Shown here one piece after another: positions 50,101-60,670 of a stretch of DNA of 64,000 nucleotides. Source of the stretch: Candidatus Undinarchaeales archaeon (lineage in GTDB: Archaea > Undinarchaeota > Undinarchaeia > Undinarchaeales > JALTGF01). The notes under the pieces are model-generated. The model had not been told where the DNA came from, did not search any database, and saw only the letters and a program-made list of their open reading frames with translations. The position numbers and the translations under genes are program-made. The first letter of the stretch is position 1. The number at the start of each line of letters is the position of its first letter. Location: contig JAWOEA010000004.1 in assembly GCA_046483005.1 (NCBI GenBank), forward strand, positions 23,323 to 87,322. Reading direction: 5' to 3'.

Positions 50101-50718
50101 TTGGGGGCGCTGGAAATAGATGATGAAGTATATGACATTGACATTGTAGGAGAATATCCTCTTTCTTTCTATGAAACAGTTGAAAATACGGCCGACCCAA
50201 ATGATGTAAACTTACTAACATTCGGAGATACGATTTACGGAGAAGATCCTTTCGCCGGCTGGAATTATACTCACGAAACTACTGACATCAATAATGCTCC
50301 TTTGTCCAATATTTATACAAAAGGAAAAATGTCTGAAAAACTTAAAAAACAAATGCATCTTGCAGAAATGATTGATGCGGTTGATGAAAAAAATGTCGCT
50401 GAAAAAATCATTGACAGTCATTTCCTACCAGATATAAAAGGGAATTTAAGGACTTTTTCAAAACAGAAAGTCAGGTGTACTAAATGCAATTCAAAATACA
50501 GAAGACCTCCTCTTTCCGGAGTATGTACTAATTGTGGAGGAAATCTCACGTTTACTGTTCACAGAGGCTCGATTGAAAAATATCTGCAGATATCTAAAGA
50601 TTTAATTAAAAAGTATAACGTTTCACCTTACATTAGCCAGCAGATAGCTTTATATGAATCAAACATACTTTCAATATTTGGAGAAAAATCTCAGAAAAAA
50701 TTACAGTCCTTCACATAA
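47173..50718 (+). CDS. polC: DNA polymerase D large subunit DP2
   Basis: AGPIRAAGGTA, RMGRPEK, RRDCDGDED, Zn fingers. No intein-size insertion. Confidence 0.98.
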   Translation: MEQKEYLKTLEDGVNKEYNIASDARKQGVDPAKEPEIYIAKDLADKVEGLIEFKGLADIVRKLQEEVNTEEEVAFKLVDEVIKRIDDREEAADLAVRAALAFLTQGAVAAPLEGIAKIKILKNPDNSEYLAIYYAGPIRAAGGTAEAISVVVADYVHKALGLDRYKPNQKEIGRYAEEIRWYHRRKRLQYRPKEEEVKTIIKNVPVCVDGDPTEPYEVSTYRNLGRVKTNRVRGGMCLVVAEGLAQKAPKLLKRLKPIQEKYGLDWSWLEGLLVKRKTDESKKEKEKISNIFEKEIPEEFKKEYKDHLFSIDEITEIVQETSAIDVLENYTDEEPEKKGSDKFLNEIPAGRPVFSYPGRKGGFNLRYGRTRGSGYAALCLNPATMHLLDDFIAIGTQIRLELPGKAGIVTPCDTINGPTILLKDGELLQVDSLEEAKKYKGRIERFTNLGDILISAGDFFENNHKLLPPAYCEEWWAKEVKKAQKDKKASAKEILNSSDYLNDPFKKPDFEKAKEFSDKFEVPLHPVFTFHWNYIRNSDLLELAEALKEAEVADNKIILENKSSIKKILEKLCVFHKLKDSKIVISKHKEPLLFSFGRPKEWKIIIQTIEQNKRHKALDTINKLAEVTIKDKAPTRIGARMGRPEKAKPRKMTPAPHVLFPTGAKQGRVRDFMKLYKEKKKAKPYLAKFKCDKCSSFQFFPQCPNCGEETKLLNFCPRCRIFSRKDTCEKCNAKTVTYEQQEIDINELLDSAAEKLGRKLPDSIKGILGMSTKNKIPEAIEKGILRAEQDLYVFKDGTIRHDSTDAPLTHFKPFEIHTSIEKLKKLGYNKDIYGKKLENEDQILELKPQDILISDYGENSATSYLLKTSKFVDNLLESYYGLEKYYNYENKKDLAGTFVIALAPHTSTGIVGRIIGSTDAKVTFAHPCFHDAKRRDCDGDEDAVMLLLDALLNFSKSFLPQKRGGKMDAPLVITSKLGALEIDDEVYDIDIVGEYPLSFYETVENTADPNDVNLLTFGDTIYGEDPFAGWNYTHETTDINNAPLSNIYTKGKMSEKLKKQMHLAEMIDAVDEKNVAEKIIDSHFLPDIKGNLRTFSKQKVRCTKCNSKYRRPPLSGVCTNCGGNLTFTVHRGSIEKYLQISKDLIKKYNVSPYISQQIALYESNILSIFGEKSQKKLQSFT

Positions 50719-50954
50719 TGACCAAAGACAAAAAGAAACAGGAAGAAGAGGAAGAACTTTTATCGGAACCGGAAGAACCAAAGGAAGAAAAACCCGAATT
50801 AAAAGAACCAAAGGAAATGGAAGAATTTGAAGAACCTTCTTTTACTTCCCCTCAGGAATCTCTAAAAGAAAATGAAAAATTTTTATTCGCACTCTTGTTC
50901 TTTATCTTACTAACTTTCTTGTACTTATTTTTATTATCTAAAGGCATTCTTTAG
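50718..50954 (+). CDS. Small acidic tail-anchored protein
   Basis: E/P/K-rich N-terminus with a single C-terminal TM. TAATG overlap with DP2. Confidence 0.7.
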   Translation: MTKDKKKQEEEEELLSEPEEPKEEKPELKEPKEMEEFEEPSFTSPQESLKENEKFLFALLFFILLTFLYLFLLSKGIL

Positions 50955-52195
50955 CCAAATAAAAGAATAAGAAACGGTACCGAAATCCCTATATAACAAA
51001 GAACAACTGGAAAAATGAAAAAACCCATACATTCTGCTCTTCTAACCCCAATTAAAGGAGGAATCAGCCCAATTAAAGTCCCCAAAACAAGAATTCCGAG
51101 CCCGTAAACACCAGTTAATAAAAAGACGGTCAGAGCAATAAAACAAATTATCAAAATAGTGAATCTCCTATAATTTTCCATGTCCATGTCGCTTAATTTT
51201 CTTGCCATTTTTATCCCAATTTTAAAATGAAGAAACGTTGCAATGCTCCCTGAAATTAAGATAACGCCGAGTAAAATAACTAACTCTCCAAAACTAAAAG
51301 AACCAATAACTTTATTGATGGCAATTATAATGCCGGATCTCATTTTCTGAATTGAATACATAACAACTAAAGGAATAATTATATTTGAAGTATTAACACC
51401 AGAAACAGCAACCAAAAATTCTTTGCTGCTCGACTTTCTTGAAGCCTGCTGAACCATATATGCTGCCTGTGCAGAACCAATGCCTGGAAATAAACCGACA
51501 AGCATTCCTGCAAGCCCACCTAAAACAGAATTTTTAAAAATTTTTCTGAATTTCAGACTCATACCTATGTCTTCCTGAACCGGAATAAAAACTTCATTTT
51601 TCAAACTTAATAATAGAGTACTAATTCCAAACATCCCTGAAAGAGCAGGAAATATTGCTTCTACACTTAGAAATGAGTTGAATAACAGGAAGCCAAAGAA
51701 GCCCGATAAAAGAAAAATTAAAAATGCAATAATCGGCTTTTTCTCAAAAAATAAACCGATTAGAACAAAGAAAATCAGGATAAATGGAAGCATTTGTTCA
51801 ATTCCTGAATAAATTGTTGGTATTATTGAAATCAAAACAAGAAAAAGGCCGGAAGTCAAAAGTAATGAAAATAAAGAACCTGCACCAGTCAGCTTAATGG
51901 CTTCAATCGCCTCACCGTCCAAAAGCATTCTATGCCCCGGAAGAACAGACATAACCGTATCTTCATTAGGAGCTCCCAGTAAAATGGAAGGAATAAAATC
52001 AAGGAAAGAATGAACGACCGCCATTGCAATTATACCGGAAGCAATTGAAATGAACTGAAATGAAGAAAAGAAAGGCAGTGCAGTAATTAAAAGAACTGAA
52101 ACTGTATTGATATGAAGTCCCGGGATTAGGCCGGTTAGGACTCCAAGAGAGCAGCCAAACAAAGTAAAAATTAAAATTTCAAAAAGAATATTCAT
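50951..52195 (-). CDS. TctA-like membrane protein
   Basis: GLIPGLHIN, FIPSILLGAP, VLPGH, PGIG. Confidence 0.9.
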   Translation of the reverse strand: MNILFEILIFTLFGCSLGVLTGLIPGLHINTVSVLLITALPFFSSFQFISIASGIIAMAVVHSFLDFIPSILLGAPNEDTVMSVLPGHRMLLDGEAIEAIKLTGAGSLFSLLLTSGLFLVLISIIPTIYSGIEQMLPFILIFFVLIGLFFEKKPIIAFLIFLLSGFFGFLLFNSFLSVEAIFPALSGMFGISTLLLSLKNEVFIPVQEDIGMSLKFRKIFKNSVLGGLAGMLVGLFPGIGSAQAAYMVQQASRKSSSKEFLVAVSGVNTSNIIIPLVVMYSIQKMRSGIIIAINKVIGSFSFGELVILLGVILISGSIATFLHFKIGIKMARKLSDMDMENYRRFTILIICFIALTVFLLTGVYGLGILVLGTLIGLIPPLIGVRRAECMGFFIFPVVLCYIGISVPFLILLFG

Positions 52196-52542
52196 TTAAT
52201 CTGCACCTCATCCGGCCGGTTTGGAACAACTTCGAGTTCTCCCTTATATTCCTTAACAATGCCTTTAACTGAAATGAAAGCGCCGGTATAAACTTCTGAA
52301 GCAAATTCTTCCGGAGTAAAAACAACGATATCCGTAGTTTCAAACTGAATTAAAACAGAATCTCCAAATTTCCTTATGCTTTCTACTCTGCCTTCAATTT
52401 TCACATATTCATCTATATGCTCCGAATCAATTTTATTTAAAGCAACAAGCTCAGGTTCGATTAAAGAAACTCCAAAATACAATATAAAAATACCGATTAA
52501 AGAGCCGAATACACTAATTATTAATATTGTATCTCCCTCCAT
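52192..52542 (-). CDS. Membrane-anchored OB-fold protein
   Basis: N-terminal TM, VKIEGRV, VKGIVKEYKGELEV. Confidence 0.85.
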   Translation of the reverse strand: MEGDTILIISVFGSLIGIFILYFGVSLIEPELVALNKIDSEHIDEYVKIEGRVESIRKFGDSVLIQFETTDIVVFTPEEFASEVYTGAFISVKGIVKEYKGELEVVPNRPDEVQIK

Positions 52543-52602
52543 AAAAGAATAGCAGGACTGGAAGTTTATAAAATTGATTTAACTGGACTGAGTTAATTAA
52601 GT

Positions 52603-53100
52603 TTATTCCTTTGTAGTTCCTTTCAGGTACTGCTGTGCTTTTTTAACTTTACAAATAGCATTCATAATCCTTGCAATATCCATTGATGATTCATAATCAT
52701 GAGTTTTTTCATTAACCTTTTTCATAATTTTTCCAAGAGAATCACAGTCATTGAAAGTAACTCCGAAACCAAAATCAATTCCATTTTCCCTTCCTTTTAG
52801 CATTTTCAAATATTTTTCTAACCACTTTATAGAGTTCTTTGTTTTTTCATCCTTCCACCCGTAGTTTTCTAATCTTTTTTCTTTATCTTTAAGGGCGTCC
52901 AGTATTTTTTCGGCTTTACTCCAGTTCTTTTCTCCGCCTTTTACTGCTTCATCTCTCATAGAATCAATAGCATCATCTTTCAGGTCTTCAATCTCTTTAA
53001 AACTATCTTCTATGGTTTTAATTCCTTTTCCTTTCTTTTCAAGTTTTTTTATGACTTTCTTTTTATCTTTTTCAGACAGATCACTAATATCTTTAACCAT
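52603..53100 (-). CDS. Hypothetical charged helical protein
   Basis: 165-aa ORF, no motif. Confidence 0.65.
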   Translation of the reverse strand: MVKDISDLSEKDKKKVIKKLEKKGKGIKTIEDSFKEIEDLKDDAIDSMRDEAVKGGEKNWSKAEKILDALKDKEKRLENYGWKDEKTKNSIKWLEKYLKMLKGRENGIDFGFGVTFNDCDSLGKIMKKVNEKTHDYESSMDIARIMNAICKVKKAQQYLKGTTKE

Positions 53101-53126
53101 AGCAAAAATTTAGTGTCTCTCAATTC

Positions 53127-53690
53127 TTATATATCTTTCTTTAACTTTTTTTCAAACAAAATCTCATATTTCGGCCCTTTCGATCCTCTTAAAATACTTT
53201 CTTTAACAGTAATTTCATCAACTTTAATTTTACCAAAACCAATGTCTTGGTATTCATCTAAGATTTTTAGAACTTCTTCTTTCCGTTTCCTACTTTTCAT
53301 CCTTCCAATAGTTACATGAGGAATAAATTTTCTGTTATCTCTTTTTCCAACTTCTATATATTTATCAACTCTTTTTTTCAAACTTTTTAATTCTTCAGTT
53401 TCTTCAACACCAATCCAGATAACTTTAATATAACCTCTGTTTGGAAACACTCCTGTCCCTTTCAGTTTAAGTTCAAACGGGATTGTTTCTTCAGCCGCCT
53501 TTCCAAGTCCTTTTTCAACCTCTTTCAATTCTGATTCAGAAACATTCCCTAAAAATCTAGGAGTTAAATGCAAATTCTCCGGCTCAACAAATTTAATATT
53601 GGTATCCAGTTTTTCTAGCTCTGTAATTAATTCTCTTATCTTTTTCTTCTGTTTCTCTGCTAAATCAATATTTACAAAGCATCTAACCAT
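53127..53690 (-). CDS. thpR: RNA 2',3'-cyclic phosphodiesterase (2H family)
   Basis: HLTPRFLG and PHVTIGR (two HxT motifs). Confidence 0.95.
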   Translation of the reverse strand: MVRCFVNIDLAEKQKKKIRELITELEKLDTNIKFVEPENLHLTPRFLGNVSESELKEVEKGLGKAAEETIPFELKLKGTGVFPNRGYIKVIWIGVEETEELKSLKKRVDKYIEVGKRDNRKFIPHVTIGRMKSRKRKEEVLKILDEYQDIGFGKIKVDEITVKESILRGSKGPKYEILFEKKLKKDI

Positions 53691-53742
53691 GATTTTTATT
53701 ACACGTAAACTTTAAAAAGCATATCGGTCAAGCAAATACAAC

Positions 53743-54054
53743 ATGACAACAAAACTAACAGATAAAAATTTCAAAGAGAAAACAAAAGAAGGAAACTGGG
53801 TAGTTGACTGCTGGGCATCATGGTGCGGACCATGCCAGATGTTCGGGCCAATATTTGAAGAAGCAGACAAAGACGTCGAAAATGTAAGCTTCGGAAAGCT
53901 GAACGTTGATGAAAACAAAGAAACCGCAGGAAATTTTGGTGTAATGTCAATACCAACTGTTCTTTACATGAAAGATGGAGAAGTAGTTGACAAATCAATG
54001 GGCGCCCTCCCTAAAGAGCAGCTCATTTCAAAAATAAATTCAGTTTTTGAATAA
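53743..54054 (+). CDS. trxA: Thioredoxin
   Basis: WCGPC, SIPT. Confidence 0.97.
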   Translation: MTTKLTDKNFKEKTKEGNWVVDCWASWCGPCQMFGPIFEEADKDVENVSFGKLNVDENKETAGNFGVMSIPTVLYMKDGEVVDKSMGALPKEQLISKINSVFE

Positions 54055-54055
54055 G

Positions 54056-54433
54056 TCAGCTTTTAAGTTCCTTTACAACAACTTTTCTAGTTCTGGGACC
54101 GTCCAGCTCTGCAAAGAAAACAGACTGCCACGTACCTAAATCTAATTTTCCTTTACTTACCGGAACAACAACAGAATTCCCCAGTAAAATCCCTCTTAGA
54201 TGAGAATCAGCATTTCCTTCTTGGTTATCATGCTTCCAGCCGCCTTTTTTAACAACTGTTTTTAGCATTTTTTTAATATCTAATCTGAGATTGGTTTCAT
54301 TTTCATTAATAAAAAGACCTGTAGTAGTATGAGGTGAATAAACAATTAAAATGCCTTCTTCTATCTCTGGTTCTAACCGGTCAGTTAGGTCTATTAAATC
54401 TACTCTGGATTCAGAATTAACTTTTAAGTCCAT
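54056..54433 (-). CDS. YjbQ/UPF0047 family protein
   Basis: HTT, NE, NADSH, LGTWQ, ELDGPR. Confidence 0.95.
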   Translation of the reverse strand: MDLKVNSESRVDLIDLTDRLEPEIEEGILIVYSPHTTTGLFINENETNLRLDIKKMLKTVVKKGGWKHDNQEGNADSHLRGILLGNSVVVPVSKGKLDLGTWQSVFFAELDGPRTRKVVVKELKS

Positions 54434-54437
54434 ACAG

Positions 54438-54695
54438 TTAAATTACGTCTTGTTCGTTTACCAGAACAAAGTCGCCGACTGCAGTTACTGCGCTGAAAGG
54501 AAGCAAAAGCCTTCCCTGTCGGTCCCTGACCAAGTCCTCAAAATGAGCAACAATGTACTTGGTAGGCTCAACTAGTATGTTAATGAGTTCTCCGGTAGTT
54601 ACGTCAACTGTTATGTCCAGAACTTTGCCGAACATTCGGCCACCTTCTGAAACTACTGTCTTTGATTGTACCTCTTTAAACGGAATTTGTGCCAT
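54438..54695 (-). CDS. PRC-barrel protein
   Basis: VVSEGGRMFGKVLDI...LPFSAVTAVGDFVLV. Confidence 0.92.
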   Translation of the reverse strand: MAQIPFKEVQSKTVVSEGGRMFGKVLDITVDVTTGELINILVEPTKYIVAHFEDLVRDRQGRLLLPFSAVTAVGDFVLVNEQDVI

Positions 54696-54704
54696 TTTTT
54701 AACC

Positions 54705-55268
54705 TCACAGACTCTTTTGTGCCGTCGCTTTTATAAACTTTTCTAATGTCTGTTTAATCTTTTCCTCAAACTCTTTCTTTGAGCCTTCATTTATAATGTA
54801 TTTCTCTCCCATTACAATTGTTCCAGCATGGTTCAGCCCCTGTATCTCTGCTTCATCTCTTGATTTACACTCTTCCAATGTCAGTGATCTTACTTTCCTA
54901 TCCATTAAGCGCTTGTATCTGGTTTCAGGAGAAACTAAAATAGAAATAACTTTGAAATCTTCTCCATATTTTTCTTTCAAAAATAAATATTCTTCATAAC
55001 TTCTTACGCCGTCAAACACAACTTTTTCTAATCCGTTCCTTTCAGCTCTCTCGGCAGTTTTTTTTGCATAAACTGCCATTCCTCCTTCTTTTCTTAAACT
55101 TTCCCTTACTTTTTTCTCATTTTTCTCATTCGTTTTAAGGCCCCTTTTATTCAATTCAATATCTGTAATGTCGCCTAATCTAATAATGTCAATTCCTTTT
55201 TCCTTTGCATATTCGGATGCCAGACTTTTTCCCGAGCCGGGCATGCCTGCAAACGCCAGTATTTTCAT
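54705..55268 (-). CDS. P-loop nucleotide kinase (dephospho-CoA kinase-like/UPF0200)
   Basis: GMPGSGKS, DGVRS, RD..E motifs. Confidence 0.88.
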   Translation of the reverse strand: MKILAFAGMPGSGKSLASEYAKEKGIDIIRLGDITDIELNKRGLKTNEKNEKKVRESLRKEGGMAVYAKKTAERAERNGLEKVVFDGVRSYEEYLFLKEKYGEDFKVISILVSPETRYKRLMDRKVRSLTLEECKSRDEAEIQGLNHAGTIVMGEKYIINEGSKKEFEEKIKQTLEKFIKATAQKSL

Positions 55269-55383
55269 TTCAAAAAGCTTTTATATCTTGTAGTATATAT
55301 TTAATTTGGAGATTGGCATAAAACCCGTTATTTTTTTGGGAGGAAGGGGCTTTCACTTATTTTTTTAGCCTCCTTTCCACTTT

Positions 55384-56631
55384 TTAAATTAAGAAAGTTG
55401 TAGCTAGAATTAAAAATATAAAGAAACCGAATACATCTGTCAAAGTTGTTATAAATATGCTAGAGGCAGATGCAGGATCAAGGTTCATTTTTTTCAGAGT
55501 CAAGGGAATTACAGTTCCTGCAGTACATGCAATTAGCAAATTAATGATTATAGAGGCCCAAACAATAATGCCAAGGAGCCACATGCCGTTTATAACATAA
55601 GCAACAACTGCAACAACTAATCCAGTTATAGCTCCGTCAATTACCCCGGCACCCATTTCTCTCAGTAAAATTCTGAATTCATTTCCCTTCTTAATTTCTT
55701 TCAGAACAAGGCCTCTGACAACAATTGCCAAAGTCTGTATGCCTGCATTTCCTCCCATTCCTGCGACAATCGGCAGATATACTGCTAAAATTACATATTG
55801 TGAGATAGTATCTTGAAATAAACCAATAACCGATGCTGCAATAAATGCAGTGAATAAATTAATTATGAGCCATTTATATCTGTATTTCACTTTTGTAAAC
55901 ATGTTATCCAACACATCTTCTTCTCGATTGACGCCTGCAAATCCATATAGGTCTTCAGTGGTTTCCTTCTGAATTACATCCAGCAGGTCTTTTGCATAAA
56001 TAACTCCAATAACCGAACCGTCGTCATCATAAACAACTACTCTTCCATGCGGATGCCTTTTAATAACTTTTAAACATTCTCTGTGTTTTGCATCATATTC
56101 TATACACGGAATATCAGAAATAAGATCTTCTATTTCCGTTTCACTTGTAACCATCAATTCATGCAGAGGGATTTCTCCTTTTAAAGTGCCATTATCAAAT
56201 ACTAAAATCACGGGCTCCTTTCCTGTCCTTTCAACATGTTCTTCAACATGCTCATAAACTTCATCTACAGTTGCATCTTCAGGGACTTCTATATAATCAA
56301 TGTTCATCATCCCTGCTGCTCTTTTAGGATAAAAATTAAAGAAAAATTCTGATTTTTCTTTCAGCTCAACTTTAAGATCCTCAAGTATTATTTTCCTTTT
56401 CCTTTTACTCAAAACAGCCAATACATCTTCAATTTCATCCGGATCAAGAAAATGACAGAATTTTTTTATTTCTTCTCTTTTCATACCTTTCAAGATCTTT
56501 TTTCTCAGTTTTTTGCCAACACTCAAAAGAACAAATCCTTGCTCACTCGGAGGAATCTCTCTGAAAACTTCAAGCTTATTTCTCTTTTTCTTTAAATCAG
56601 AAATTATTTTGGAAAGTTCGCTTTTAACCAT
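55384..56631 (-). CDS. mgtE: MgtE magnesium transporter
   Basis: CBS pair, GMGGNAG, DPA, TTLTD. Confidence 0.95.
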   Translation of the reverse strand: MVKSELSKIISDLKKKRNKLEVFREIPPSEQGFVLLSVGKKLRKKILKGMKREEIKKFCHFLDPDEIEDVLAVLSKRKRKIILEDLKVELKEKSEFFFNFYPKRAAGMMNIDYIEVPEDATVDEVYEHVEEHVERTGKEPVILVFDNGTLKGEIPLHELMVTSETEIEDLISDIPCIEYDAKHRECLKVIKRHPHGRVVVYDDDGSVIGVIYAKDLLDVIQKETTEDLYGFAGVNREEDVLDNMFTKVKYRYKWLIINLFTAFIAASVIGLFQDTISQYVILAVYLPIVAGMGGNAGIQTLAIVVRGLVLKEIKKGNEFRILLREMGAGVIDGAITGLVVAVVAYVINGMWLLGIIVWASIIINLLIACTAGTVIPLTLKKMNLDPASASSIFITTLTDVFGFFIFLILATTFLI

Positions 56632-56718
56632 GCATCAACTTATATTTCATTGTTTTATATCTTTTTTCGGCAATCCTAAAGTATTTATTACTTGAAAAGC
56701 ACTTTACATGCCCCAATT

Positions 56719-59316
56719 ATGACTATAAAATTTAAAGAGAAGCCCGCTACAGATAAATTGATCCTCTCAGAACTGGATCCCTTAGTCAGGAAATGGTTCA
56801 AGCAGAAGTTTGGGAAATTCTCAAAACCCCAAAAATATGGAATTTTACCGATCCATCAGGGAAAAAATATTCTAGTTTCAGCTCCAACCGGCTCCGGAAA
56901 AACACTTCTTGCATTTCTTTCAATTTTAAATGAACTAATTGTTTTAGCAAAAAGAGACGAACTTGAAGATAGAATTTATGCACTTTACGCTTCTCCTTTA
57001 AAAGCACTGTCAAGAGACATTGAAATAAACCTGAAAGAACCGCTGGAAGAAATGGAGGAAATTCATAGAGAATCTCTTGGAATTAGAATAGCAGTAAGAA
57101 CTGGAGATACAAGCCAGTACGAAAGACAGAAGATGCTGAAAAACCCGCCTCATATTTTAATCACTACTCCCGAAACTCTTGGAATTGTTTTGGTAGCTCC
57201 AAAATTCAAAAAGAAAATGATGGATATCAAATGGGTAATTATAGATGAAATCCATGCCCTTGCTCCAAATAAAAGAGGCGTTCATTTGTCTCTTTCACTA
57301 GAACGGCTTCAGAATTTAGCAGGACCTTACATACGAATAGGCTTAAGTGCAACAGTTGCTCCTCTTGAAGAAATGGCAAAATATTTAGTAGGTTATGAAA
57401 AAGGAAAATTGAGAGACTGTTTAATTGTTGATGTCCAATTTACGAAAGAATTAGATTTAAAAGTTTTAAGCCCTGTTAAAAATATAATCAGCGCGTCTCA
57501 GGATGAAATGCAGGAGAGTCTATATGAGTTAATGGACGACTTAATTCAGAAGCATAGAACAACACTTGTTTTTACAAATACAAGGTCTGCAACTGAAAGA
57601 GTAGTCCATCATTTAAAGACAAAATTCCCTAAAAAGTATGTTGAAAATATAGGGGCCCACCACTCCAGTTTATCAAAAGAACACCGGCTTGAAATCGAGC
57701 AGAAATTAAGAGACGGAGAATTAAAATCAGTTGTCTGCTCAACTTCTCTGGAATTAGGAATTGACATAGGGTATATCGATTTAGTCATTCTTTTAGGGAG
57801 TCCTAAATCGGTAGCAAGAGCTCTTCAAAGAGTAGGAAGGTCTGGTCATCAATTGCATGACAAGATAAAAGGAAGATTCATCGTAATGGACAGAGATGAC
57901 TTAGTCGAATGCGCAGTCATGCTCAAAGATGCAGTTGAAAAGAAAATCGACAGAATTAAGATACCCAAAAATGCACTTGATGTTCTTTCCCAGCAGATTT
58001 ACGGCATTGCAATTGGAAATCAGCAGCATATTGAAACTGTTTATGATTTAGTAAAAAGAAGCTACTGCTACCATGATTTAGAAAGAGAAGAATTCATGTC
58101 AGTTATTGATTATCTGGCAGGAGAATATGTGTCTCTTGAAGACAGAAATGTCTACGCAAAGATATGGCATAACAAAGAAAAAGGATTAATTGGAAAAAGA
58201 GGAAGACTTGCCAGAGCAATTTATTCAACAAACATCGGAACAATACCTGATGAATCTTATTTAACAGTTAAACAGAAAGATGAACCAATCGGAAAAGTCG
58301 AAGAAGCATTTTTAGAAAGAATTAAGAAAGGCGATATTTTCGTTCTTGGGGGAAAAACATACCGGTTTAATTATGCCAGAGGAATGACTATTCAGGTAAC
58401 TCCTCAACCAAATAAAGTGCCAACCGTTCCAAGCTGGTTCTCCGAGATGCTCCCTTTGAGCTACGACCTTGCCCTTGAAATTCAAAAATTCAGGAGAAAA
58501 ATGGAGGAGCAGTTTAAGGCTGAAAACTCAGAAAAAGAAGTTAAGAAATTTATTAACGATTATCTATATCTAAATGAATATGCAGTCAACTCAATCTATC
58601 AATATTTTAAGGAGCAGTATTTGTATGCAGAAATTCCTCATGATAAAAAATTAGTAATCGAGTTCTATCACGGTTTCTCAGATAAAAAGTATGTAATTTT
58701 CCATTCCCTTTACGGAAGAAGAACAAACGACGCCTTGTCAAGAGCAATCGCCTATTTAATTTCAAATGTAAAAAGAAAAAACATTGCAATTAACCTGACA
58801 GATAACGGCTTCTATTTAACAACAAACTCCGGAAAACTACAGGTACTGCAGGCTTTGAAAAAATTAAAATCTAATACTCTAAGATCAACTTTAAGAAAAG
58901 CAGTTGAAAAAACGGAAATTTTAAGAAGGAGGTTCAGACACTGCGCCGGCAGGTCTCTAATGATTTTAAGAAACTACAAAGGAAGGAAGAAAAGCGCCGG
59001 AAAACAGCAGGTCAGTTCTAAAATTCTACTTAGTGCAGTAAGAAGAATCTCAAAAGACTTTCCCATTCTAAAAGAAGCAAGGAGAGAAGTACTTGAAGAT
59101 TTAATGGATGTTAAAAATGCAGAAAAAGTACTGAAAAAACTGGAAAAAGAAAAGATTGAAGTAAAAATAATTGCAACAGATGTTCCAAGTCCCTTTGCAT
59201 TAAATTTAATTGCAAGAGGATACATGGATATCTTAAAAATGGAGGACCGACTGGAATTTGTCAGAAGACTTCACAAGACAATTCTGGAAAGGATTGAGCC
59301 CTATGAAACTGACTAA
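56719..59316 (+). CDS. lhr: Lhr-family ATP-dependent helicase
   Basis: [37 protein letters not shown]. Confidence 0.96.
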   Translation: MTIKFKEKPATDKLILSELDPLVRKWFKQKFGKFSKPQKYGILPIHQGKNILVSAPTGSGKTLLAFLSILNELIVLAKRDELEDRIYALYASPLKALSRDIEINLKEPLEEMEEIHRESLGIRIAVRTGDTSQYERQKMLKNPPHILITTPETLGIVLVAPKFKKKMMDIKWVIIDEIHALAPNKRGVHLSLSLERLQNLAGPYIRIGLSATVAPLEEMAKYLVGYEKGKLRDCLIVDVQFTKELDLKVLSPVKNIISASQDEMQESLYELMDDLIQKHRTTLVFTNTRSATERVVHHLKTKFPKKYVENIGAHHSSLSKEHRLEIEQKLRDGELKSVVCSTSLELGIDIGYIDLVILLGSPKSVARALQRVGRSGHQLHDKIKGRFIVMDRDDLVECAVMLKDAVEKKIDRIKIPKNALDVLSQQIYGIAIGNQQHIETVYDLVKRSYCYHDLEREEFMSVIDYLAGEYVSLEDRNVYAKIWHNKEKGLIGKRGRLARAIYSTNIGTIPDESYLTVKQKDEPIGKVEEAFLERIKKGDIFVLGGKTYRFNYARGMTIQVTPQPNKVPTVPSWFSEMLPLSYDLALEIQKFRRKMEEQFKAENSEKEVKKFINDYLYLNEYAVNSIYQYFKEQYLYAEIPHDKKLVIEFYHGFSDKKYVIFHSLYGRRTNDALSRAIAYLISNVKRKNIAINLTDNGFYLTTNSGKLQVLQALKKLKSNTLRSTLRKAVEKTEILRRRFRHCAGRSLMILRNYKGRKKSAGKQQVSSKILLSAVRRISKDFPILKEARREVLEDLMDVKNAEKVLKKLEKEKIEVKIIATDVPSPFALNLIARGYMDILKMEDRLEFVRRLHKTILERIEPYETD

Positions 59317-60022
59317 CAATATTGAAGCAAGCGGTCTTGCACTTTATCTAGAAAAAAAGAAAACTTTAGTTATATCTGATTTACACTTAGGAATAGAAAG
59401 CAGCATGCACAGGTCTGGCTTTTTAGTTCCAAGATTTCAGTTCAAAGAAATAAAATCAAAGCTGGAAGAAATCTTTGAAAAATTATCTCCTGAAACGATT
59501 ATAATTAACGGGGACTTCAAGCACGAATTTGGAAAGATTCCAAAACAGGAATGGAGAGAAGGATTAAGAATGATTGATTTTTTATTTGAAAATACAGATG
59601 AACTTATACTTACAAAAGGAAACCACGATCCGGTTTTATTTCCAATTGCAGAAAAAAGAAAGGTTCCAATCAAAGAAGATGGGATTTTAATTGGAAGTAC
59701 TTACATAACCCACGGCGACAAAATTCCAAAAAACAAGGAGTTTGAAAAGGCAGATACTGTAATAATTGGAGATGTCCATCCTGCAGTCAGTTTATCTGAC
59801 AAAGGCGCTTCTGAAATCTATAAGTGCTTTCTGGTTGGAAAGTTCAACGACAAAAAATTACTTGTTCAGCCGAGTATGTCCCAGTCCTCTATCGGTTCAG
59901 ATGTTTTAAAAGAAAAAGTAAGGAGTCCTTTTCTAAAAGGCAGTCTTGACAATTTCAATGTTTTTGTATCTGCAGATAAAATAATGCATTTTGGAAAAAT
60001 AAAAAATCTCAGGGAACAATAG
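59303..60022 (+). CDS. Lhr-associated metallophosphoesterase
   Basis: DLHLG, GDFKH, GNHD, THG, DVHP. Confidence 0.93.
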   Translation: MKLTNNIEASGLALYLEKKKTLVISDLHLGIESSMHRSGFLVPRFQFKEIKSKLEEIFEKLSPETIIINGDFKHEFGKIPKQEWREGLRMIDFLFENTDELILTKGNHDPVLFPIAEKRKVPIKEDGILIGSTYITHGDKIPKNKEFEKADTVIIGDVHPAVSLSDKGASEIYKCFLVGKFNDKKLLVQPSMSQSSIGSDVLKEKVRSPFLKGSLDNFNVFVSADKIMHFGKIKNLREQ

Positions 60023-60365
60023 TTTTCAAAAAATCAAGAACGATTATAATTACTGTCAGATAAAATAAATTGCTTCTGTAGAATTCAACGAGGATATTTC
60101 CGTCCCCATACATCCCTCTCAAAAGAATCATTGAAAAAATAACAAGTATTATTGATATTAAACCAATTACTGGAGTAAAGCCGTGGTGGAATAAATGAGC
60201 CATTGTTGATACAATTATTACAACAGCAAAAGCCGAAATCAATACTGGAGAAACTCCTCCTTTTGTAAATGAAAGAAAAGCAACTGCCCCTCCGAATATA
60301 ACGACTAAAAAAGTCCCTACCAAACAAACTGGATCAAAGTGCCCTTTAGTGTTTCGAGTTATCAT
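60009..60365 (-). CDS. Small four-TM membrane protein
   Basis: Four hydrophobic segments in 118 aa. Confidence 0.65.
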   Translation of the reverse strand: MITRNTKGHFDPVCLVGTFLVVIFGGAVAFLSFTKGGVSPVLISAFAVVIIVSTMAHLFHHGFTPVIGLISIILVIFSMILLRGMYGDGNILVEFYRSNLFYLTVIIIVLDFLKTIVP

Positions 60366-60416
60366 CTCGAATATAATATTGACTTTCTTTAAATATCTTT
60401 TTGAAATTAATTGTCT

Positions 60417-60551
60417 TTATTTATCGTTTTTTAATAATTTAATTGTCATACTTTTACTGTCATCAGACAAATTAGAGTCTTCAATTTCTTTCATTGTGTT
60501 TTCCGTAGTAGTATCTTCAGATTCGTCTAATGATATTTTTTCCATTGTCAT
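60417..60551 (-). CDS. Possible small acidic Ser/Thr-rich peptide (44 aa)
   Basis: Hand translation MTMEKISLDESEDTTTENTMKEIEDSNLSDDSKSMTIKLLKNDK. Confidence 0.4.
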   Translation of the reverse strand: MTMEKISLDESEDTTTENTMKEIEDSNLSDDSKSMTIKLLKNDK

Positions 60552-60670
60552 TTTTATTTCATCTCTTTTTTTTATGTAGTTATAAAATATAATTAGGTTA
60601 GATAGTATTTATTTTTTTAGTTTAAGCAACCAATCCTATAATTTATATGTTTATTTGCATAATAATTGAT

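Noticed and set aside
2827..50718. Inteins in PolB, Cdc48, TopA, Cdc6 or DP2
   Set aside because: Lengths are normal, conserved motifs are uninterrupted, and no intein junction or LAGLIDADG signature was seen.
56719..60022. Lhr helicase plus metallophosphoesterase as a novel defence system
   Set aside because: This is a well-known conserved gene pair linked to nucleic-acid repair and processing.
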